DNA of 64,000 nt from Bacteroidota bacterium. GTDB lineage: Bacteria; Bacteroidota; Bacteroidia; 2-12-FULL-35-15. Made by a program: the position numbers and the translations under genes. The stretch is from contig CANFRC010000014.1 of the NCBI GenBank assembly GCA_947449315.1, forward strand, positions 2,865 to 66,864. Reading direction: 5' to 3'. Below the pieces are notes generated by a model that ran no database searches, was not told where the DNA came from, and was given only the letters and a program-made list of their open reading frames with translations. This document shows positions 58,532 to 64,000 of the stretch, piece by piece. Numbering within the stretch: position 1 is the stretch's first letter; every line of letters starts with the position of its first letter.

Positions 58532-60179
58532 TTTTAGTATCTTTACACAGAAAATTTTCAGTGTGAAAAAATACCAACTATTATTTTTAGCTGTTTTAAG
58601 CGGATTACTTTTAGGATTTGCATGGTTCCCTCATGGAATCCTTCCCCTTTTATTTGTTGGTTTTGTCCCTTTGTTATTAATTGAAAACGAAATTTTTCTT
58701 AACCCAGTCAAGTATAAGTCACGTTCAGTTTTTTTTTATGGTTTTATTTCATTTTTTATATGGAACATTTTAACGACCTGGTGGATCATGAATGCTTCTG
58801 TTGGTGGAGCGATAATGGCATTTTTTGTTAGTACTTTATTTATGACAATTGCTTTTTATCTTTTTCATCGCATAAAAAAACAAATTGGATCAAAATTCGG
58901 TAATGTGATTTTTATTTGTTGTTGGATCACTTTTGAGATTTTGTTTTATAATGACCAAATTACTTTTCCTTGGCTAAGTCTTGGGAACGCTTTTGCCGAC
59001 AACCCAGGTTTAATACAATGGTATGAATATACAGGAGTTTTTGGAGGAAGTTTATGGGTATTAATAATAAATTGTTTATTCTTTTCATTGATCACCTTGG
59101 TAGATTCTAAGTTTCGTTTCCACATCAATAAATTGAAAACTATTTTATTAATTGCAATTATTGCAATACCTATACTGCTTTCCTTTATTGTAGCTGCCCG
59201 ATTTAAAATGCACTCAAGGGATGGTTTTAAGAAAATAAAGGTTGTAATTGTTCAACCAAATATTGATCCTTATAACGAAAAGTTCTCTGGCAGTTATGAG
59301 CAGCAGTTACATAAAATGTTGTTACTCGCTTCACAAAAAGTTGATTCGGCAACCGAGTACATGGTACTTCCTGAAACAGCATTAACAGAGGATATCTGGG
59401 AAGGAGAGATGGAGCAGTCAAGCAGCATAAAATCCATCAGAGAATACTTGAAGCAATTTCCTAAACTTAAGATTATTATCGGAGCATCTACCAATAAGCT
59501 TTTTTCTCCTTGGGAAAAATTGTCAGCTACCGCCCGAAAATTTACCCAAGAGGATGCCTATTATGATTCTTATAACACGGCATTGCAAATTGATTCATCC
59601 GATAAGACACAAGTATATCATAAATCTAAGTTGGTTCCAGGGGTGGAGCAAATGCCATTTCAATTCATTTTTAAATATTTTGATCAACTTACTATTGAGT
59701 TAGGAGGTACTACCGGTAGTTTGGGTACACAAGACGAACGTTCTGTTTTTACTTCCCAAAAAAATTCTTTCAAAGTAGCACCTGTTATTTGTTATGAAAG
59801 TGTTTATGGTGAATATGTTACAAAATATGTACAAAACGGAGCTCAGTGTATCGCTATTATTACTAATGATGGATGGTGGGGAAATACGGCTGGATATAAG
59901 CAGCATTTAAAATACGGAGCGCTTCGGGCTATAGAAAATCGCAGATGGATCGTGCGTTCTGCAAATACGGGAACATCTTGTTTTGTAAGTCCATTAGGCG
60001 AGATAGAGCAGGCTACAAATTGGTGGGAGCCAACGGCAATTAGCGGCAATATTGAGTTAAATGAGGGCTTGACTTTTTATAGTCGTTTTGGTGATTATCT
60101 TGGAAGATTTGCTGAATGTGGGACGATACTACTCCTTCTTTATTCATGGTTAATCCGATTCAAGATTGTTAAAAAATAG
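58521..60179 (+). CDS. lnt: Apolipoprotein N-acyltransferase
   Basis: 552 aa. N-terminal multi-TM region, and a C-terminal carbon-nitrogen hydrolase domain with catalytic E-K-C context (VAPVICYESVYGEYV). Confidence 0.8.
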   Translation: MHIDFSIFTQKIFSVKKYQLLFLAVLSGLLLGFAWFPHGILPLLFVGFVPLLLIENEIFLNPVKYKSRSVFFYGFISFFIWNILTTWWIMNASVGGAIMAFFVSTLFMTIAFYLFHRIKKQIGSKFGNVIFICCWITFEILFYNDQITFPWLSLGNAFADNPGLIQWYEYTGVFGGSLWVLIINCLFFSLITLVDSKFRFHINKLKTILLIAIIAIPILLSFIVAARFKMHSRDGFKKIKVVIVQPNIDPYNEKFSGSYEQQLHKMLLLASQKVDSATEYMVLPETALTEDIWEGEMEQSSSIKSIREYLKQFPKLKIIIGASTNKLFSPWEKLSATARKFTQEDAYYDSYNTALQIDSSDKTQVYHKSKLVPGVEQMPFQFIFKYFDQLTIELGGTTGSLGTQDERSVFTSQKNSFKVAPVICYESVYGEYVTKYVQNGAQCIAIITNDGWWGNTAGYKQHLKYGALRAIENRRWIVRSANTGTSCFVSPLGEIEQATNWWEPTAISGNIELNEGLTFYSRFGDYLGRFAECGTILLLLYSWLIRFKIVKK

Positions 60180-60222
60180 TAATTTTGCATCCTGAGGCAA
60201 AATTCTCAATAGATATATTATT

Positions 60223-61626
60223 ATGGAAAAATTTGATGTTACAATAATAGGTTCTGGTCCTGGTGGATATGTTGCTGCAATTCGATGTGCGCAATTAGGG
60301 ATGAAAACAGCAATCATAGAACGCTATAGCACTCTTGGTGGTACCTGTTTAAACGTGGGTTGTATCCCTTCCAAAGCCTTGTTAGATTCATCTGAGCATT
60401 TTCACAACGCTACTCATACTTTTACCGAGCATGGAATTGACGTGAAAGGAGTGAAAGTGAATTTAGAGCAAATGATCAAGCGCAAAGGCGATGTTGTAAA
60501 ACAGACCTGCGAAGGAATTAATTTTTTGATGAAAAAAAATAAGATTATTGTTTTTCGTGGTCATGGTTCTTTCCTGAAAAAAAACATTCTTGAAATTTCC
60601 AGTTCTGATGGAAATAAAATACAGATCGAATCCGCAAAAACCATTATAGCTACAGGATCAAAACCATCTTCTTTACCTGGAATTGATATTGATAAAAAAA
60701 GAGTGATCACTTCCACTGAAGCACTAGAATTAACGGAAGTCCCTAAGCATATGGTTATTATTGGTGGTGGAGTGATAGGACTTGAATTGGGTTCAGTCTA
60801 TGCACGATTGGGCGCTAAGATTTCTGTCGTAGAGTTTACTTCCGGATTAATAAGTACTATGGATGGTGCATTAGGAAAAGAGCTGCAAAAGAGCTTGAAA
60901 AAATTAGGATTCGAATTTTTCTTCAATCATAAAGTAACGGGTGTTTCAGCAAAAGGAAAAGAGGTTACCATTACTGCAGATAATTCAAAAGGAGAGAAAA
61001 TAGAAATTAAAGGTGATTATTGTTTAGTTGCTGTTGGCAGAAGACCATACACAGATAATTTAGGATTAGAAAAAGTAGGTGTGAAAGTTGATAATCGTGG
61101 TAAAATTGAAACGAATGAGCATTTGCAAACCAATATTGAAGGTATATATGCAATTGGTGATGTAGTGAAAGGTGCAATGCTAGCCCATAAAGCGGAAGAA
61201 GAAGGTACATTTGTAGCGGAGGTAATTGCTGGGCAAAAACCACATATTAATTATAACCTAATTCCAGGAGTAGTTTATACATGGCCAGAAGTTGCTGCAG
61301 TTGGATATACTGAAGAACAATTGAAGGAGCAAGGTAAAAAATACAAAGTGGGAAGTTTTCCTTTTAAAGCCAGCGGCCGCGCAAGAGCATCTATGGATAC
61401 AGATGGCTTTGTAAAGGTCTTAGCTGATGAAACGACAGATGAAATTCTAGGCGTTCATATGATTGGTCCTAGAGTTGCCGATATGATTGCTGAAGCTGTT
61501 GTTGCTATGGAATACCGAGCAAGTGCGGAAGATATTTCTCGAATGAGCCACGCTCATCCTACTTATACCGAGGCAATGAAAGAAGCTTGCTTAGATGCAA
61601 CAAGCAAAAGGGCCTTACATATTTAA
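60223..61626 (+). CDS. lpdA: Dihydrolipoyl dehydrogenase
   Basis: 467 aa. FAD motif GSGPGGYVAAIR, redox-active disulfide GGTCLNVGCIPSK, and the C-terminal interface His-Pro-Thr (HAHPTYTE). Confidence 0.9.
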   Translation: MEKFDVTIIGSGPGGYVAAIRCAQLGMKTAIIERYSTLGGTCLNVGCIPSKALLDSSEHFHNATHTFTEHGIDVKGVKVNLEQMIKRKGDVVKQTCEGINFLMKKNKIIVFRGHGSFLKKNILEISSSDGNKIQIESAKTIIATGSKPSSLPGIDIDKKRVITSTEALELTEVPKHMVIIGGGVIGLELGSVYARLGAKISVVEFTSGLISTMDGALGKELQKSLKKLGFEFFFNHKVTGVSAKGKEVTITADNSKGEKIEIKGDYCLVAVGRRPYTDNLGLEKVGVKVDNRGKIETNEHLQTNIEGIYAIGDVVKGAMLAHKAEEEGTFVAEVIAGQKPHINYNLIPGVVYTWPEVAAVGYTEEQLKEQGKKYKVGSFPFKASGRARASMDTDGFVKVLADETTDEILGVHMIGPRVADMIAEAVVAMEYRASAEDISRMSHAHPTYTEAMKEACLDATSKRALHI

Positions 61627-61692
61627 TTTTTTTGACTATAAAATCAAGGTTCAATATGTTCCTTTCGATTGTAGTTGTAATAACCATAACTG

Positions 61693-62709
61693 ATGAAAAC
61701 TGGAGTTCTATTAATAAATCTTGGTACACCCGACAGTTCGAAGACTTCGGATGTTCGAAAGTATCTGACACAATTTTTAAATGATCCGCGGGTTATAGAT
61801 ATTAACCCAATAGCTCGTTTTATTTTAGTAAATGGAATTATTGTTCCGTTCCGATCTGCTAAGTCATCAAAATTATATCAGCAAATTTGGACAAAAGAAG
61901 GATCACCACTTCTTGTCAATAGTATCAATCAACAGAAATTATTGCAAGCGGAATTAGGAAATGATTATGTTGTAGAACTAGGTATGCGTTACCAAAGTCC
62001 GAGTCTTGAATCAGCAATTAATAAATTAAAGGAAGCCAATGTTAGCAAAGTAATCGCAATTCCTTTGTATCCGCAATATGCTACTTCAAGTACAACTTCA
62101 TCCATAGAGGAAACAATTCGGATTTTGAAAAAATGGAAAGAACATCCTCCTGTAAAATTTATAGAAAACTTTTTTGATGACAAAGGATTTATTGATGCAT
62201 GTGTTGCTAAGGCTTTAAAGTATAATTTGAACGATTACGATTATTTTATTTTTAGTTATCATGGTTTACCTGAAAGGCAGATAAACAAGGCGTCAAAAGA
62301 ATTTAGTGATGGCTCTTGTAAAATAGGATCTTGTTGTGATACACTAACGGATAAAAACCGCCTATGCTACCGAGCAAATTGTTTAGCAACAACAAAAGCG
62401 CTTGTTACGCGCTTAGGCATTTCTGAAGGAAAATATAAATCTACTTTTCAATCCCGTTTAGATGATAAGTGGCTCAAGCCATATAGCGATAAGGTAATAG
62501 AAGAACTTGCAAAAGAAGGGAAAAAGAATGTGTTAGTATTTTCGCCTGCATTTGTGGCCGACTGTCTGGAAACCATTTATGAGATAGGTATAGAATATGA
62601 TGAGATATTTAAGGAGCATGGCGGTGAAAAAATAACATTGGTAGAAAGTTTGAATGATTCGCCAAAATGGATTGAAGCGCTAAAAAATATAGTTTTAAAA
62701 TCAAATTAA
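61693..62709 (+). CDS. hemH: Ferrochelatase
   Basis: 338 aa. MKTGVLLINLGTPDS N-terminus, the YPQYATSSTTSS motif, and a C-terminal Cys-containing region. Confidence 0.9.
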   Translation: MKTGVLLINLGTPDSSKTSDVRKYLTQFLNDPRVIDINPIARFILVNGIIVPFRSAKSSKLYQQIWTKEGSPLLVNSINQQKLLQAELGNDYVVELGMRYQSPSLESAINKLKEANVSKVIAIPLYPQYATSSTTSSIEETIRILKKWKEHPPVKFIENFFDDKGFIDACVAKALKYNLNDYDYFIFSYHGLPERQINKASKEFSDGSCKIGSCCDTLTDKNRLCYRANCLATTKALVTRLGISEGKYKSTFQSRLDDKWLKPYSDKVIEELAKEGKKNVLVFSPAFVADCLETIYEIGIEYDEIFKEHGGEKITLVESLNDSPKWIEALKNIVLKSN

Positions 62710-62718
62710 TCAATTAAG

Positions 62719-62747
62719 ATCCGCTGAGCTTCTCAACGGATTTTTTT
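62719..62747 (+). terminator. Rho-independent terminator after hemH
   Basis: ATCCGCTGAGCTTCTCAACGGAT hairpin (ATCCG/CGGAT outer stem with an internal GAG/CTC), followed by TTTTTTTATTT. Confidence 0.45.
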
Positions 62748-62812
62748 ATTTAATAAAGCATGATACTTTTTAATGACTAATTTTATACTGTAGGATTTAT
62801 ATTTTAGATAGT

Positions 62813-63472
62813 ATGAAAAAAACACTTTTTCTTTTTTTTATTAGCTATATAGTAATGGGCTTTCAAACTGATCAAGTTGAAAGTAATACATGGACTTTGA
62901 AAAAAAATCAGAATGGCGTTTCTGTTTATTCGCGTGATGCAGAAAATTCTAGGTTTAAAGAATTAAAATCAGTGACCATATTCAAGTCTTCTTTGTCAAG
63001 CTTAATAGCATTGATCGACGATTTTGAATCCTATCCTCAATGGGTTTATAAATGTGCCGTATCCACTACAATAAAAAAGAATTCGGAGAAAGACTTGATT
63101 CATTACCAATCGGTAATAGCTCCTTGGCCTGTCGATAATCGAGATTTTGTAGTGCATGTTCAGTTGCAACAAGATCCAGTGACAAAAGTGATTATACAAA
63201 ATGTTTCCTGTATCCCAGACTACATACCCAGAGTGAAGGGGCATGTAAGAATTACTGAGTTTAAAGCACGATGGACATTGATTCCTCTAAAAGATGGATA
63301 TGTTGAAGCTAATTATGAATTGTTGGTTAATCCGGGAGGAAATGTTCCGGCCTGGATCGTAAATCTTGCCGCAGTAGACGGTCCATATGAAACAGCTATA
63401 AATATGAAAAAAATGTTGATGAAGGAAAAATACCAAAAGGCGGTTGTCCTCTTTGTCAAAGAACCTCTATAG
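62813..63472 (+). CDS. START/Bet-v1-like lipid-binding domain protein with signal peptide
   Basis: 219 aa. WTLKKNQNGVSVYSR...RDFVV...ARWTLIPLKDG...VPAWIVNLA pattern resembles the START domain. Call is tentative. Confidence 0.45.
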   Translation: MKKTLFLFFISYIVMGFQTDQVESNTWTLKKNQNGVSVYSRDAENSRFKELKSVTIFKSSLSSLIALIDDFESYPQWVYKCAVSTTIKKNSEKDLIHYQSVIAPWPVDNRDFVVHVQLQQDPVTKVIIQNVSCIPDYIPRVKGHVRITEFKARWTLIPLKDGYVEANYELLVNPGGNVPAWIVNLAAVDGPYETAINMKKMLMKEKYQKAVVLFVKEPL

Positions 63473-63536
63473 AATTCCTGTTTTCAGTTATAATCATTAT
63501 TTTTACTCACCAATCAGTAATTTTTTTATTTCAATT

Positions 63537-64000
63537 ATGAGTCAACAATCTTCAGATCAGCCAGCAGGTCATAGCGTAGAGCGCGCAACTGAAAAATTAG
63601 TTGATGTCGAAAAAGTGATCGCAAAAAAAAATCCAAAACTATTAAAGTTATTACCTGGATTTATCATTCGTTATATAAAAAGAACCATTCATCAGGATGA
63701 ATTGAATCAAGCGGTAAAAAGAAATGAAAATAGATTTGGGCATGATTTTGTTGATGCCGCTATGGAAGAGTTTGGTGCTAAAACAGCTATTATTGGAATT
63801 GAGAATATCCCAACACAAGGCGGAGTGATTATGGCAGCCAATCACCCTTTAGGAGGTTTAGATGGTATCGCGTTTATGGATGTAGTTGGAAATCGAAGAA
63901 AAGATATCAAGTTTTTTGTAAATGATATTTTGTTGGAATTGAAAAATTTCGCTCCAATTTTTGTTCCTGTAAATAAGCATGGAAAAAATTCAGCGGATTA
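63537..64000 (+). CDS. Acyltransferase (PlsC/lysophospholipid acyltransferase-like), N-terminal fragment running off the window
   Basis: ATG at 63537. MAANHPLGGLDG resembles the NHx4-5D acyltransferase motif. 154 aa visible. Confidence 0.5.
   Translation, partial: MSQQSSDQPAGHSVERATEKLVDVEKVIAKKNPKLLKLLPGFIIRYIKRTIHQDELNQAVKRNENRFGHDFVDAAMEEFGAKTAIIGIENIPTQGGVIMAANHPLGGLDGIAFMDVVGNRRKDIKFFVNDILLELKNFAPIFVPVNKHGKNSAD

Noticed and set aside
1-64000. Systematic look for tRNA/rRNA genes, CRISPR arrays, transposases/integrases, restriction-modification, toxin-antitoxin and other defence modules
   Set aside because: No intergenic gap has tRNA-like acceptor/T-arm pairing. No direct-repeat/spacer periodicity. 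No ORF shows DDE/tyrosine-recombinase, nuclease/ATPase defence-type or TA-type motifs. The window reads as a core chromosomal region.

Overview
This 64 kb window reads as a gene-dense chromosomal segment of a low-GC Bacteroidota genome, with about 60 predicted genes. The phylum call rests on a fused gldE/gldD gliding-motility locus downstream of mutY and ssb, a PorU-like C25 peptidase and another secreted protein that both carry T9SS C-terminal sorting domains, and a DUF5686 gene directly upstream of lptB. I saw no tRNA or rRNA genes, CRISPR arrays, transposases, integrases or recognisable defence systems. Housekeeping genes recognised with reasonable confidence: feoAB, a class I/II aminotransferase, GDP-mannose pyrophosphorylase, fumC, prfB (with its canonical programmed +1 frameshift site visible in the DNA), recX, the RNase E/G homolog rng, HU, mutY, ssb, heme A synthase, rplU-rpmA, serS, recQ, tatC, lptB, purS, pssA, lnt, lpdA and hemH. 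The regions I would look at first are: (1) an in-frame GldE-GldD fusion ORF; (2) a 1104-aa outer-membrane protein combining a TolB-like beta-propeller with an Omp85-type C-terminal barrel, in an apparent operon with a half-size TSUP permease and an M20 amidohydrolase; (3) two separate lipid-carrier glycosylation modules, one GT2(DPM-synthase-like)+DUF2304+SDR+TMTC-like GT-C/TPR protein, the other methyltransferase+ArnC-like GT2+ArnT/PMT-like GT-C+polytopic membrane protein; (4) a FadL/PorV-like barrel gene translationally coupled (ATGA overlap) to an unusually long (1672 aa) PorU-like C25 peptidase, divergent from the second glycosylation module; (5) a 27-codon ultra-basic ORF with a perfect hairpin immediately upstream of rng; (6) a 'plug-only' TonB-receptor N-terminal fragment divergent from an ECF sigma / TPR anti-sigma pair. 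All functional calls come from reading motifs in the supplied translations; no database search could be run.
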